From Bdellovibrionales bacterium (GTDB lineage Bacteria; Bdellovibrionota; Bdellovibrionia; Bdellovibrionales; UBA1609), in NCBI GenBank assembly GCA_965200875.1, contig OZ241456.1, forward strand, positions 192,001 to 256,000: DNA of 64,000 bases. The letters run 5' to 3'. Positions 17,565-27,975 of this stretch are shown piece after piece. A program made the position numbers and the translations under genes. The stretch's first letter is position 1. Every line of letters begins with the position of its first letter. The notes under the pieces were generated by a model. It was not told the origin of the DNA and made no database searches. It was given only the letters and a program-made list of their open reading frames with translations.

Positions 17565-18515
17565 ATGGATCTGTTTTTAAAGAAAGTGTTAAAAGGAAGA
17601 GCGTATAAAAAATACCCTTTGACTCAAGAAGGAAGCTCCCGAAAATATTTTCGTGTAAAAACCGATCAAAACTCTTATATTCTGGCTCACTCCCCTGCTC
17701 ATCAGAAAAAAAAATTTTTGGAAAAGCACGCACTTTTCTCACAAATAAATCTGAATGTGCCAAGGCTTTATTTTCCGGATTTGAAATCTGGTTTTCTTTT
17801 GTTGGAGGATTTAGGGGATCAGAGTCTGGAAAAAGAAGTTAAGGCAAATTCAACTTTTCCCTTTTCCAGTTACATTCAGGCTTTAGATCAAATCATCAGC
17901 CTGCAAAAACATTCTGAGCACGCTTTGTTTCCCCGCTTTCAGGGTTTTTTTAAGGAAATGCTTCTGACTGAAAAATATCTGGTAAAAAGTTTTTTTAAAT
18001 TCCCGCCGGAAAAGTTTTTAAGAAAAAAATATTTAAAAGAATGGCAGGATATTTGTGAAAAACTTAAGTCTTTTCCTCTAAAGCCTGCGCACCGGGATTG
18101 CCACAGCCGAAATCTGTTTTTAAAAGATCAAAATGTTTATCTGATTGATTTTCAGGATGCAGGGCTTTTTCCAAGATTTTACGATGTGGTAAGTCTTCTT
18201 TACGATGTTTATGTGGTAGACAAAATAAAAGATCCGGTAAGGGAAAAACTTTTAAAATATTTTCATCATCCGGGAGAAGCCCTGAAAAAAGAAGTTTTGA
18301 TCACAGCCCTCCAAAGGCTTTTTAAGGCGAGTGGTAGTTTTGCAGGCTTTTATGTTTTAAAGGGCCAAAAGACCCACTTAAAATATATCCAGCCAGCTTT
18401 AAAAGAGTTGGAAAGGCTTTTAAAGGGTGGTGAAGTTTATTATCCAGGCTTTTTAGAGCTGATTCAAAAATTATTAAACCTTGAGGCAAAAAAGAGAGCT
18501 TTCAGTGGGACATAA
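17565..18515 (+). CDS. amgK: AmgK-like anomeric MurNAc/GlcNAc kinase (APH family)
   Basis: GSSRKYFRV, LLLEDLGD, HRDCHSRNL, IDFQDA, YDVVSLL; adjacent to a nucleotidyltransferase. Confidence 0.8.
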   Translation: MDLFLKKVLKGRAYKKYPLTQEGSSRKYFRVKTDQNSYILAHSPAHQKKKFLEKHALFSQINLNVPRLYFPDLKSGFLLLEDLGDQSLEKEVKANSTFPFSSYIQALDQIISLQKHSEHALFPRFQGFFKEMLLTEKYLVKSFFKFPPEKFLRKKYLKEWQDICEKLKSFPLKPAHRDCHSRNLFLKDQNVYLIDFQDAGLFPRFYDVVSLLYDVYVVDKIKDPVREKLLKYFHHPGEALKKEVLITALQRLFKASGSFAGFYVLKGQKTHLKYIQPALKELERLLKGGEVYYPGFLELIQKLLNLEAKKRAFSGT

Positions 18516-18563
18516 AGTTTTCGAAAAGAGCTTCTTTAAAACCCGTCAATCAAAAGGGAAGTT

Positions 18564-19724
18564 ATGTTAAAGTCGCCGGGAATTTCTGGATTTTTGCTTT
18601 GCGCAGGAAGAGGTACTCGTTTTGAACCTCATACCCGTTTTCTTCCAAAGCCACTGATTCCTTTTTTAAATCTTCCGCTTTTAGCCTATAATATATATTT
18701 GCTCAGAATGTTGGGAGTAAAAAGGCTTTCTGTCAATGTTCATGCTCATCCTGAATTATTGAAAAGCCAATTAAAAAAGTGGGCCATAAAGGGGAAAATG
18801 GATTCATTGGTTTTAAGCCATGAAGAAAAACTTTTAGGTTCTGCTGGAGGGCTTTTAAAACTTGGAAGCTTTTTCAAAGTTTCTGAACCTTTTTTTTATC
18901 TCAATGGAGATAGTTTTATTTTGTGGAGCGGGGAGGAGAGTGTTAAAAAATCTTTAAAAACTAAGTCGCTCCCTTTGAAAAATTTTTACCTCTCTCATAT
19001 CAAGACGGGTGCACTGGCAAGCTTTTTGGTCCGGCCTGAAGAACCTTTCAAAGAGCCTTTATTTCGCAGGGGATTCATTTGGGCGGATCGGGAGTCCGGG
19101 AGGGTTCATTCTTTTGCTCGCCCGGCAGAAGAAAAAAAATCCCTTAAGCCTTATGACTTTTCCGGTCTCGCCATTTTTTCTCCGGAAATTTTTAAGGAGA
19201 TAAAGCCCAGTGCTCGGCACATTTTTAAAGATGTGCTGGAATCTTTAAAAAAGCACTGCCGGGTATACCCCCTTTCTTCTTTAAAACTTCTGGATATGAA
19301 TCAGCTGGATACTTATCTTAAAGCCACAGGAGAGGCTCTTTCCCTTCTGCAAAGGGAGCGGGAGGAAAAGGCTTTGGGGCATGGTTCTTTTTTGCGCAAA
19401 ATTTTGAACTTTTACTCTCCGGCTTGGAATCTCTTTGAAGGGGAAAATTACTTTTCCGCGACAGCTTTGGATACTCTGCCGGAAAAAAAGAATATTTTGT
19501 TTTGTGGAGCAAAGGTAAAAGGGCTTGAACAGCTTTTGGTTAAAAACTTTGCCGTGCTGGGGGATCATTCGTCTCTAAACAGTTCCTCTTTCCAGGTTGA
19601 GTCACGATTGAAGAAAAATTCCTTGGATTTTCAAAAGATCATCATGGAAAGCTCAGTTTTAGGAGAGGAGATGCGTTTAAAAAACTCTTTAAAAAACACT
19701 TTGCTTTTTAAAAAAGCTCTATAA
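18564..19724 (+). CDS. MurU-like sugar-phosphate nucleotidyltransferase
   Basis: LCAGRGTRFEPHT...PKPL, LGSAGGL, LNGD. Confidence 0.8.
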   Translation: MLKSPGISGFLLCAGRGTRFEPHTRFLPKPLIPFLNLPLLAYNIYLLRMLGVKRLSVNVHAHPELLKSQLKKWAIKGKMDSLVLSHEEKLLGSAGGLLKLGSFFKVSEPFFYLNGDSFILWSGEESVKKSLKTKSLPLKNFYLSHIKTGALASFLVRPEEPFKEPLFRRGFIWADRESGRVHSFARPAEEKKSLKPYDFSGLAIFSPEIFKEIKPSARHIFKDVLESLKKHCRVYPLSSLKLLDMNQLDTYLKATGEALSLLQREREEKALGHGSFLRKILNFYSPAWNLFEGENYFSATALDTLPEKKNILFCGAKVKGLEQLLVKNFAVLGDHSSLNSSSFQVESRLKKNSLDFQKIIMESSVLGEEMRLKNSLKNTLLFKKAL

Positions 19725-21207
19725 ACTGCTTTTTTTTGCGCTTGGCTTGGTATCTTCTGTGGATCATCTCGAATATGTTGTCCTGGCTGACCCCAACGCG
19801 GTTTTTCCCTCTTTTAAGGGACATGCCAGCGACTTTTGAGGCTTTGTTTTTCTCGTCAGATCCAAGCCCTGCAAGCTTTTGGCCACCTCTTTTTCCCGCG
19901 CCAGAATTATCAGAGCTTCTGCCCCCACCGCCATATCCTGAAAAGCCACCCGCGCCCAACAAGCCGGCATCTTCCCCTTCTGCTTCTCCATCTGCAAGAA
20001 TTTCATCTCCTTCTTCATCTAAGGCTTGAGCAATTTGATTTTCCAAAGCATCCATTTTTGCTTTAAAGGCCTGCCCTTCCGGGCCAGCAGTGAACGCCTG
20101 CACTTCAGGAGAATCTGCATCATGAGCGGAATAGGTCTTTCCGTCAGGGGTGGTAATGGTTTTTTTCACGGGGTCCCATTTTAAATCGGTATTATCCTCG
20201 AAGGCTTTTACTGGATTATTTGGATCAATTTTAATTGGCTCCCCCCCCCCATCTGTTGGTACCTGGATTTCGATAGTGGGTTTTGGAATATGTGGCTCGG
20301 GAATGGGAACACCACCAGTTGTCGTTATCTCCCCTGTGCTAGTAGGGGCAGGATCTGGGTTTGGGTTGCCAGTAGTGGTAGGTTCTTCATCACCTGGTTC
20401 ATCGCCCCCACCTCCAGTTCCAAGAAGACCTGCTGAATACTCCGCGGCTGCTTCTTCATTTTCCTTTGCGGTCATAGCCAATACTGTTCCTGCAAGACCA
20501 AGCCCTGCCGCGATTTTGTACCACATCGGAGCACTTGGGCAACATCCTGGAGAGGGTGTACCACATTGTGAGGAGCAGATTCCTCCCTTTATTCCGGCGG
20601 CAAGTCCGCCGGCTATGGCCACAAGACCTGCCATTTGTTGCTTTTCTGCTTGTTTTTTGGCTTTTTCGCTGGCAGATAGCGCATTTTCATCCATCTGGTT
20701 GTTGAATTCTGTAATGGCTACGTCAGCGTCTTCTCTATGACCTCCGAATTCGGTTTTAAGCCACTCTGCTTCCGCTCTTCGTTTGGCGTCCAGGCAGGAT
20801 TCATATAAAGCATTTCCTTCTTCATCTGTGCCAGTTCTTTTGACTTCTACTTTTCTGGGTGGAGGGGGGTTTGGATTGATGGAGGTTTTCGGGGGGGAGT
20901 AGTAGCAGTTGTCTGGTCCTCCGCCTCCTTCTTCGGCCCTTTCTTCCTCCCGCTTGGTTTCGGCGGCCTCAGCCTTGGCTTTTGTCACTTGATCTTCTCT
21001 CCTTTGAATGGCTTGATCACAGGTTTCGTATTGTGGTTCTCCGTTTTCGTCTCGGCCGGGCTTGACCCTTAAAGCGATGGTTTCCTCTTTGTTGTTTTCA
21101 TATATGTTGGTCCATTTGCAAGGGCCGGGTGGTGCAGAATGGAGATCAAGTGGAGCTAGGAAAAACAAAACCAGAAATTCTTTTTTAATGATTATTTTTT
21201 CTTTCAT
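19708..21207 (-). CDS. Secreted Cys/Pro/Gly-rich hypothetical protein with internal hydrophobic hairpin
   Basis: Signal-like N-terminus; 499 aa; C-terminal motif shared with neighbour. Confidence 0.8.
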   Translation of the reverse strand: MKEKIIIKKEFLVLFFLAPLDLHSAPPGPCKWTNIYENNKEETIALRVKPGRDENGEPQYETCDQAIQRREDQVTKAKAEAAETKREEERAEEGGGGPDNCYYSPPKTSINPNPPPPRKVEVKRTGTDEEGNALYESCLDAKRRAEAEWLKTEFGGHREDADVAITEFNNQMDENALSASEKAKKQAEKQQMAGLVAIAGGLAAGIKGGICSSQCGTPSPGCCPSAPMWYKIAAGLGLAGTVLAMTAKENEEAAAEYSAGLLGTGGGGDEPGDEEPTTTGNPNPDPAPTSTGEITTTGGVPIPEPHIPKPTIEIQVPTDGGGEPIKIDPNNPVKAFEDNTDLKWDPVKKTITTPDGKTYSAHDADSPEVQAFTAGPEGQAFKAKMDALENQIAQALDEEGDEILADGEAEGEDAGLLGAGGFSGYGGGGRSSDNSGAGKRGGQKLAGLGSDEKNKASKVAGMSLKRGKNRVGVSQDNIFEMIHRRYQAKRKKKQFIELF

Positions 21208-21228
21208 TGGTTACACTCCTTTTTTTTG

Positions 21229-22824
21229 TTAACGGCAGTCAAGCTTGTTTTTACAAAGGCTTTGAAAGCGTTTGCTGATTCTTTCAAAAATGTTTTGGTG
21301 TGCACCTCCTGCGGAAGTGGCTGGTACTCTCTTGACCCCTTCTTTGTCTTTTAATTCCTTAAGCTTTTTTTTGCTAAGTCCTAAATTGGCATAATCGCCC
21401 TCGCTTTCGTCTTCATTTCCTCCCCCGCCATATCCTGAAAAGCCTCCTCCTCCCATGCTTAAATTTCCGTCCTCGTTTTCTTTGTCATATTTTTTTCTTT
21501 TGAAGTTTCCGGGGTTTGCTCTGAATCCAGAACCACCAAAACCAGAGTATGTTCGCCCGCTGGATTTTGGATTTTTATCCTGCTGAGAAGTATCGGCACT
21601 TTCCCAGTCCAGATCAGCACCATCTCCTCCGGGGAGGTCAATTCCTGGGCTATCAAACGGGTGTTCTTCTCTTCCTCCGCTTCCTAGGTTTCCGGGGTTT
21701 GGTTTCGGCTCGTCATCCTCCTCAGTTTTTTGGTCCTTGGGATTTTCTGCAATATCAGGGGCTTCTTGGGTTTTAGGTGTTCCCCCTACGCCTTTGTCTG
21801 TAGTAGGTGTAGAAGGGTCTGGAACTGTAAGCTCTACAATATCTCTTTTTTTGGGTTTACATGTTTTTGTTTCGGGATTCCATTCCCCACCCTGTTCCTC
21901 GCATTTATCTTTTTGAAATTTACAGTCATTGTTTATCCATTTTCCACCAGCTTCTTTACACTCTTTTTGGTCGTTTATGATACCAGCCTGCATTTTACAC
22001 ATCTCTGAACTAATGGCAGAGTTTGCCATTTGAGATATGTTCTGCATCATAGCGTCTGAGTTGGTTTTTTGACTTGCACAGTTGGCTTTTTCTTTTCTTA
22101 ATTGACAGATTTGTTTTACAAGAGGTGTGGCCTCGGTTTTAAATTTTTTTTCTTTTTCTTGTTTTTGTTCAACGGTCTCGGTTGGGACTGGTGGATTCGG
22201 CAACTTCTCACAATTCGTTTTAGCTGTTTTATACTTTGTACAAACTTGAGCTATCTCACTATCGCAAGTGGATTTACAGCTGGAAATGGATCCTTTGCAG
22301 TTTTGCGAGGCTGAAAGGGAAACTGTCGCTCCTCCCGCCGCCATCATTTGCATTGTTTTGCAAAGCTCTGCCATGTCTTTACCAAAACCTTGGGCAGCCG
22401 ATGCTAGACCAGGTCCTAATGTGGTGGCTATATCGTTTATGCTTTTCAAAGTAGAAAGTGCTTCCCCTCCAAGGCAACTTGTAGGATCTTGGCAACACTC
22501 CATCGCTTTAATATTTGCGGCCATACAGGAGGCGGTATTTTCGGTTTTATCATCATCTTCAGAATTAGCATCACTGTTACCTTCTGTGGGGCTTTCTATT
22601 CCACAAGTATCATTAATGAATGAAGGTCCTTCACAATTTTTAATTTCGAAATTTCCACAATTTGCAGAGGAAGAGGAGCTTTCATCATCATCAGCGGTGG
22701 CTATAACCCCCGCAGAAAAATTATTTTGGTTAGGTGTTAAAATAAATTCGCCTTGAAAAAGGAAGAAAAAAAATATAATCCGAAAAAAGATCGAGCTTTT
22801 AAAAGCTTTAAAAAAACAAAACAT
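21229..22824 (-). CDS. Secreted Cys-rich hypothetical protein
   Basis: Signal-like N-terminus; many Cys; CxxxGGxW repeats; shared C-terminal motif. Confidence 0.8.
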   Translation of the reverse strand: MFCFFKAFKSSIFFRIIFFFFLFQGEFILTPNQNNFSAGVIATADDDESSSSSANCGNFEIKNCEGPSFINDTCGIESPTEGNSDANSEDDDKTENTASCMAANIKAMECCQDPTSCLGGEALSTLKSINDIATTLGPGLASAAQGFGKDMAELCKTMQMMAAGGATVSLSASQNCKGSISSCKSTCDSEIAQVCTKYKTAKTNCEKLPNPPVPTETVEQKQEKEKKFKTEATPLVKQICQLRKEKANCASQKTNSDAMMQNISQMANSAISSEMCKMQAGIINDQKECKEAGGKWINNDCKFQKDKCEEQGGEWNPETKTCKPKKRDIVELTVPDPSTPTTDKGVGGTPKTQEAPDIAENPKDQKTEEDDEPKPNPGNLGSGGREEHPFDSPGIDLPGGDGADLDWESADTSQQDKNPKSSGRTYSGFGGSGFRANPGNFKRKKYDKENEDGNLSMGGGGFSGYGGGGNEDESEGDYANLGLSKKKLKELKDKEGVKRVPATSAGGAHQNIFERISKRFQSLCKNKLDCR

Positions 22825-22953
22825 ATTTGATTAATCATCGGTAAGATCCCCTTTAGAGCTTTAGGTTTTTTTGAAACCTTGCCCGGATTTTTTCAGGTTT
22901 TTTCCTTATCTAGAAAAAAAAGGCTTTTTACTGTTTAAAAAAAAGTCGTCTGT

Positions 22954-23328
22954 TTATTTTTTAGGCTTATTTTTATGTTGTCTGTTAAGCTCTCGCATTT
23001 CCTGCAAAATAGCTTGGCTTTGTGGAATAAAAACCGCGGAATCCAATTTTTCAAAATGTGCTTGATATTGTGCATTTGTGAACTCAAATTTATAATCAAA
23101 AATCCAAAACATGACAAAAAAAGCAACACTTACAGCAAAAACAATAACAGTAGAAAGCACAGTAGTTATTCTCATAAAAAGCTTTGTTTGTACTTTCTCT
23201 AATTCAGAATGTACTTTCTCTAATTCAGAATGAAACTCAGATGACAGGTTATCAATCTTTGAATCCAGTTTTTGAATCAATAAAGCAACATTTAAATCAT
23301 TTTGTGAGATTGTTTTTGAATCCGACAT
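22954..23328 (-). CDS. Small coiled-coil + TM protein (DUF1640/CCDC90-like architecture)
   Basis: HSELEKV x2 (21-bp duplication), single TM, GAGGG RBS. Confidence 0.7.
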   Translation of the reverse strand: MSDSKTISQNDLNVALLIQKLDSKIDNLSSEFHSELEKVHSELEKVQTKLFMRITTVLSTVIVFAVSVAFFVMFWIFDYKFEFTNAQYQAHFEKLDSAVFIPQSQAILQEMRELNRQHKNKPKK

Positions 23329-23389
23329 TTATATCCCTCTTTGTTATTTATCATAAGAGTAAAGAAAAATAGTTCAAAAGTCAATTTTT

Positions 23390-23899
23390 TTACTGGCCCA
23401 AGTGATACATATCCGGGTAATTTCTTCCCTCTTCGTTTAAATCCATGCCATAGCCCACGATAAAGCGATCATCAATGGCTTTCCCGATATAGTCAGCATG
23501 TATCAGGGTTTTTCGATGAGAGGATTTATCCAGTAAAGCCACAGTTTTTAAAGAGGCCGGTTCTGCAAGCTTGATCCTCTCCTTCAGAAAAGAAAGCGTA
23601 AGCCCGGAATCAATAATTTCCTCCACAATCAGCACATCTTTTTTTTTTAAGTTAAGGGAAATATCTTTTTTGATTTTAAAGCTTTTATTTTTTGGACTTG
23701 AGATCAATACAAAGTCTGTTTGTGAGGGGATGGTGAGCTGGCGGATAAGATCTGAAAGAAAAAAAACAGAGCCTCTTAAGGGACATATCAAAATCAGCTC
23801 TTTTGTTTCTGAATAATCTTTTTCAATTTCCCCTGCGAGATTTTTTATGATCTGCTGAATATCTTTTGCCCTTAAAAATGGAACCAGTCCTTTTAACAT
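23390..23899 (-). CDS. hpt: Hypoxanthine phosphoribosyltransferase
   Basis: LRGSVFFLSDL, VLIVEEIIDSGLTL, FIVGYGMD. Confidence 0.92.
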   Translation of the reverse strand: MLKGLVPFLRAKDIQQIIKNLAGEIEKDYSETKELILICPLRGSVFFLSDLIRQLTIPSQTDFVLISSPKNKSFKIKKDISLNLKKKDVLIVEEIIDSGLTLSFLKERIKLAEPASLKTVALLDKSSHRKTLIHADYIGKAIDDRFIVGYGMDLNEEGRNYPDMYHLGQ

Positions 23900-23939
23900 T
23901 TTTATCTCCTCCTTCAATGGGTCGTCTTAAGCAAAAAAA

Positions 23940-24647
23940 TTAAAGTTCATTTATGTTTTGTGCTTTCAAAAGGCCATTCATGGCTGTCTGATTTTGGGGT
24001 TGAATTTTTAAAACATTTTCCCACTCGTTTATGGCCAGAAGAATTTTTTGGCTTTCAAAGTGCCATTCAGCTTTTAAAAGCCTGGCCTGAATATTTTGAG
24101 GATAAAGACAAATAAAGCTTTTTAAATATTTTTCAGCTTGGGTTTTTTGATGAAGTTTCCAAAGGAGACGCGCAATTTCCAATTTTACGAAAGGTTTTGG
24201 ACAAACCTGATCTCCTTTTATGTATTCCTTTAAGGCAGATTTAAGCTTGTTTTTCTTTAAATAAAGCTTTGCGGTTTGGCTGTGTTTTTCCATAAGTTCC
24301 TCTTTCCAGGTCTCTTCCCCGGTTTGGGCTTTAATTTCAAGGGCTTTTTCGTAGGCTTTACGGGCTGGCTCGTAGTAGCCAAGCTCATTTAGCACAATGC
24401 TTAAGTTTAACAAATATTCTGGGTGGGCCTCCCTTTCAGAAGCTCTTTGAAACTGCTTAAGGCTTGCCTTGAAAAACCCTTGATGAAAAAGAGCTATCCC
24501 CAATAAATGATGAGCCTGAGCAGTTTTTTCCACTTCCATAAGGCCTTTTTGTAAAATATTTTGAGCAGAGCGAAATTGTCTTTTTTGTAAAAGCTCTCTC
24601 GCCCTCTGGCAATAATCCTCCCCTTTCAGGTAAAAAGATGTTTCCAT
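23940..24647 (-). CDS. TPR protein
   Basis: AHHLLGIALFHQG, LLNLSIVLNELG helical repeats. Confidence 0.85.
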   Translation of the reverse strand: METSFYLKGEDYCQRARELLQKRQFRSAQNILQKGLMEVEKTAQAHHLLGIALFHQGFFKASLKQFQRASEREAHPEYLLNLSIVLNELGYYEPARKAYEKALEIKAQTGEETWKEELMEKHSQTAKLYLKKNKLKSALKEYIKGDQVCPKPFVKLEIARLLWKLHQKTQAEKYLKSFICLYPQNIQARLLKAEWHFESQKILLAINEWENVLKIQPQNQTAMNGLLKAQNINEL

Positions 24648-24651
24648 TTTT

Positions 24652-25332
24652 TTATGGCTCCTTTAATCCGCCCGGGTTTGTTTTTTGAATCAAAGTTTTT
24701 AATTTTTTTAAAGAAGGAAGAGTGCTTGAAGAGCTTTCTTTTTTGGGCAAAAGGGTTCTGTGGTTTTTCATAAGTTTTAGCATATAGGGCCTTGCGGAAT
24801 GGGGTCTTTTTTTTCTTAAATGAAAGCGGGCGATCATCCACTCCTTTTTGGCTAGGAGAGTGAGAATTTTTTGTTTGTATTTTTGAGCCTTCTCCCGGTA
24901 AGGGCTTTTTGGAAAAAGTTTAAGATGTTTGTTGATGTAAAAAAGAGCTTTTTTGGAAAGGCTTAAGTCTCTTGCTTCGGTTTTAGGAAGCTGATGAAAA
25001 TAAGAAAGGCTTAACTGAAAAAAAGCGCGATCATTTTCCGGGTGTTCAGGGTTCAGGGCAGAAAATCTTTCGTAGGCCAGGCCCGCTTTTATCCATTCCT
25101 CTTTGGCAAAATAAATATCCGCTATTTTGAGATCTGCGGACTTTGCGAATCGGGAATAAAGAAACTGGCTTTTTAATTGCCGGAAATAACCTAAAGCCTC
25201 TTGGTAGTAGGATCTTTTTCGTAAATTTTCTGCGTGCTGAAAAAGCTCTTCTGCGGTGGGGTTTTCTTTTAAAGTTTTAAAGCTGGAGCAGGCTCCCCCG
25301 AATAAAAAGATAAGTGGTAATAAACATTTCAT
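24652..25332 (-). CDS. bamD: Outer membrane assembly lipoprotein BamD
   Basis: Lipobox GGAC, ADLKIADIYF, LAKKEWMIARFH. Confidence 0.85.
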   Translation of the reverse strand: MKCLLPLIFLFGGACSSFKTLKENPTAEELFQHAENLRKRSYYQEALGYFRQLKSQFLYSRFAKSADLKIADIYFAKEEWIKAGLAYERFSALNPEHPENDRAFFQLSLSYFHQLPKTEARDLSLSKKALFYINKHLKLFPKSPYREKAQKYKQKILTLLAKKEWMIARFHLRKKRPHSARPYMLKLMKNHRTLLPKKESSSSTLPSLKKLKTLIQKTNPGGLKEP

Positions 25333-25424
25333 TATAAAGCTCTTGTTTTTCGAGGCTTTTGCCTATTTTTCCGATATCTGTCAGAAAAAAAGATTTTTTG
25401 CTTTTTTTCGTTAAAAGTCAATAT

Positions 25425-26492
25425 TTAAAGAGTTCCATTTTTAAACTGGGTAATGTGTTCGTATACAGCTAAAGCTGTCACTTTCAGGGCGTTGGCCAGG
25501 GGGATGCTGATAATCATGCCCAGGATTCCCATGAACTGTCCTCCCAGAATAATCAGCAAAACGACTGTTACAGGATGAAGGTTTACGATACGGGCCACTA
25601 AAATTGGAACCAAGATGCCCGCATCAATAAGTTGAGCTATCAGGTACACACCGATCAGAAAGGATAAGTCCCAGGTTTCATAATTGTTTACCAACGCAAT
25701 AATCACTGCTGGTATCGCCCCGATAATCGGGCCTATATAGGGGATCAGATTGGTAAGGGCCGCAAACCCTCCCAGTAAAAAGGCAAAGGGAAAGGAAATA
25801 AGACTTAAGCCTAAAAAAGTCACTAAACCCACTATGGAAGCCTCTAAAAACCTGGCGCGGATAAATTGCCCGAGTTGCCGGTTAATTTGATACTGTAGAT
25901 CCAGTACCATTTCAAAAACACTGTTTGGCACCAGTAACATAAATCTTTTGGAGATTTTGTGGCTATCTTTTAACATGAAAAAAGCTAGGAAGGGGGCGAG
26001 CAGTAAAACACTTAAGGCTTGCATAAGCAAAGAGGGGAGATCTTTTAAAATCACCTGACTTAGGGAAAAGAGTTTTTCTTTGCCTTTTTCCCGTAAGTGA
26101 ATCTCAAGCCCCAACCAGTTTTTGGTTTTTAACTCGATATTTTCCATTAAGTTTAAAAGTCCCTCTGAATAGCGAGGCCACTCTGTCTGAAGATTATTGA
26201 TCTGGTTGGAAATAAGCGGAAACCCCCATATCCCTAACAGGCCAATAAGACTGATGCCAGTTAGAAAAATAAAAACCAGGGCACCGTTATAACTTAAGCC
26301 GGCTCTTTCCAAAGGGGCCAGCAGGGGTCGGGCGAGATAACTGATGACAAATGCTAAAAGAAAGGAGATAAAAAGGTTGTTGATTAAAAACAGGACCGAG
26401 CCGGTGACAATTAAAATTCCTAGAAAAACCAAAAGCCTTATGATATTGATTTTTTTAAGTCTTGTTTTTTGTTCAGGGGTTGAGGAGATCAC
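25425..26492 (-). CDS. AI-2E family transporter
   Basis: NLIPYIGPIIG, LHPVTVVL, GILGMIISIP. Confidence 0.92.
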   Translation of the reverse strand: MISSTPEQKTRLKKINIIRLLVFLGILIVTGSVLFLINNLFISFLLAFVISYLARPLLAPLERAGLSYNGALVFIFLTGISLIGLLGIWGFPLISNQINNLQTEWPRYSEGLLNLMENIELKTKNWLGLEIHLREKGKEKLFSLSQVILKDLPSLLMQALSVLLLAPFLAFFMLKDSHKISKRFMLLVPNSVFEMVLDLQYQINRQLGQFIRARFLEASIVGLVTFLGLSLISFPFAFLLGGFAALTNLIPYIGPIIGAIPAVIIALVNNYETWDLSFLIGVYLIAQLIDAGILVPILVARIVNLHPVTVVLLIILGGQFMGILGMIISIPLANALKVTALAVYEHITQFKNGTL

Positions 26493-26495
26493 AGC

Positions 26496-27004
26496 TTAGT
26501 TTTCCATTGTTTGTTTGAATTGAACCAGTTTTTCCCCGGCTTTTTGAAGTCTCTCTCCCAAAATTTCCGATAGCTTCATTAAAATGCTTATGCCAATGCG
26601 AGGGTTTTTTTCGATAAGATTCAGTAGATCCGGGCGAAAAAACCTAGGAGTTTGCACTCTTCCACCGCCTGTGCGGACACATGATGGTAGCCTTTTTCCT
26701 GCGCGAGGCAAAGTTCTCCAAAAAAATCTCCCGAGTTGAGCTGGGAGAGAACCACCGTTTCCTGACCCGTGGAGCTTCCATGTAAAATGTTTACTTTACC
26801 GCTCAGGATGATATACATTCCAAGCCCTTTTCCTTCCTGAAAGATAAACTCTCCGGGCGCGAAAGATCTTTGATGCACAAGATGGCTCAAAAGCTTTAAT
26901 TCTTTTTCACTTAAACTTTCGAAAAGAGGATTTTCTTTTAAAACCATCTCAATATTTTTTTCTTCTTTTTTAAAAAGATTGTTCCACAAAAAATCAATCA
27001 TCAT
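26496..27004 (-). pseudogene. Cyclic-nucleotide-binding domain protein split by a 1-nt frameshift
   Basis: GDFFGELCL CNB motif; frame changes at the T6 run 26637-26642. Confidence 0.75.
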
Positions 27005-27151
27005 TTTTTCTGTCCCCACTTGGTTCTGGGAAATACAAGTTCAAATGGGCTTTGAGATAGCAGAGAAATTATTGCTTGCTTAAAAGCTTATCCAGTTTGG
27101 TATTTACATTTTAACTTATATCATAGTTTTTTTCCAGATACAAATTTAAGA

Positions 27152-27862
27152 TTAAAACGAGTTTTTTCGGTTAAGGGGCAAAAAATCTTCGCTTTGTAAC
27201 CAGCCTTTGTTTTTGGCAATTTGAACATGAATCAATCCTTCCGGGGTTTCCGGGGAAAGCACTTTTAAAAGCGAGCCGGCTTTTGGTTCAAACAAAACCG
27301 GTGCTGAAGAATCGGGACCACTCAGCAAAGAGGAGTCTTGTTTTAAACTGCCATAGTGTGTAATTCTTGGATAAAAGTAATAAGCTGAAAAGCCCCAGAG
27401 GATCAAAAAAAAACCGGCCCCAAGACGAAAAAGAAAAAGACTCTTTCGGAAAATTGCGAAAATCATTCCTCCCAAACCTAAAGCCATTAAAGCTAAAATA
27501 AAATCTTCCGGTATCCAAAGCCAAAAATATTTTTTGTCTTCTAAATTTTTTAAGAGTTCGCGGGCTTGGGCGTGATAAGGGTTTTCAAAAAGGATCTGCC
27601 TTAAGTAAGCTCGTGCTGGATCTTTTTTGCCCGTTTTCTGGTAAAGGGATAAGGCTAGGTTAAAACGCAAAGCTTCTGATTCCGGTTGAGTTTTAAGAAG
27701 GCTTAAAAAAATCGCGCTCGATTCTGAAAACTTATTGTTTTTGAAATGGGTCAGGGCTTTTTCAAAAAGAGCTTTTTTTTCTTTTGTAGCGGAGAAGGCA
27801 AAACTTCCGGTAAAAACCCAGAAAAAAAGGAAAGCTAAAAACCAGTTTTTTTTGTAAAGCAT
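27152..27862 (-). CDS. BatE-like TPR/TM/SH3 protein
   Basis: Signal peptide, TPR, two TM helices, SGP...GWL SH3b-like tail. Confidence 0.6.
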   Translation of the reverse strand: MLYKKNWFLAFLFFWVFTGSFAFSATKEKKALFEKALTHFKNNKFSESSAIFLSLLKTQPESEALRFNLALSLYQKTGKKDPARAYLRQILFENPYHAQARELLKNLEDKKYFWLWIPEDFILALMALGLGGMIFAIFRKSLFLFRLGAGFFLILWGFSAYYFYPRITHYGSLKQDSSLLSGPDSSAPVLFEPKAGSLLKVLSPETPEGLIHVQIAKNKGWLQSEDFLPLNRKNSF

Positions 27863-27975
27863 TTCTCGTCTCTCCCTTGATTTTTTTATAATTTTTCAGG
27901 AAAATAATTGCAAGAGGATTATTTGGTTAAGAGGGCAGGATCCTAAGACTAAAATCCTAGAGGTGTAAGAAAATT

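Noticed and set aside
20150..22756. Plus-strand ORFs of 196 and 162 aa
   Set aside because: Lie opposite longer low-complexity genes; no independent features
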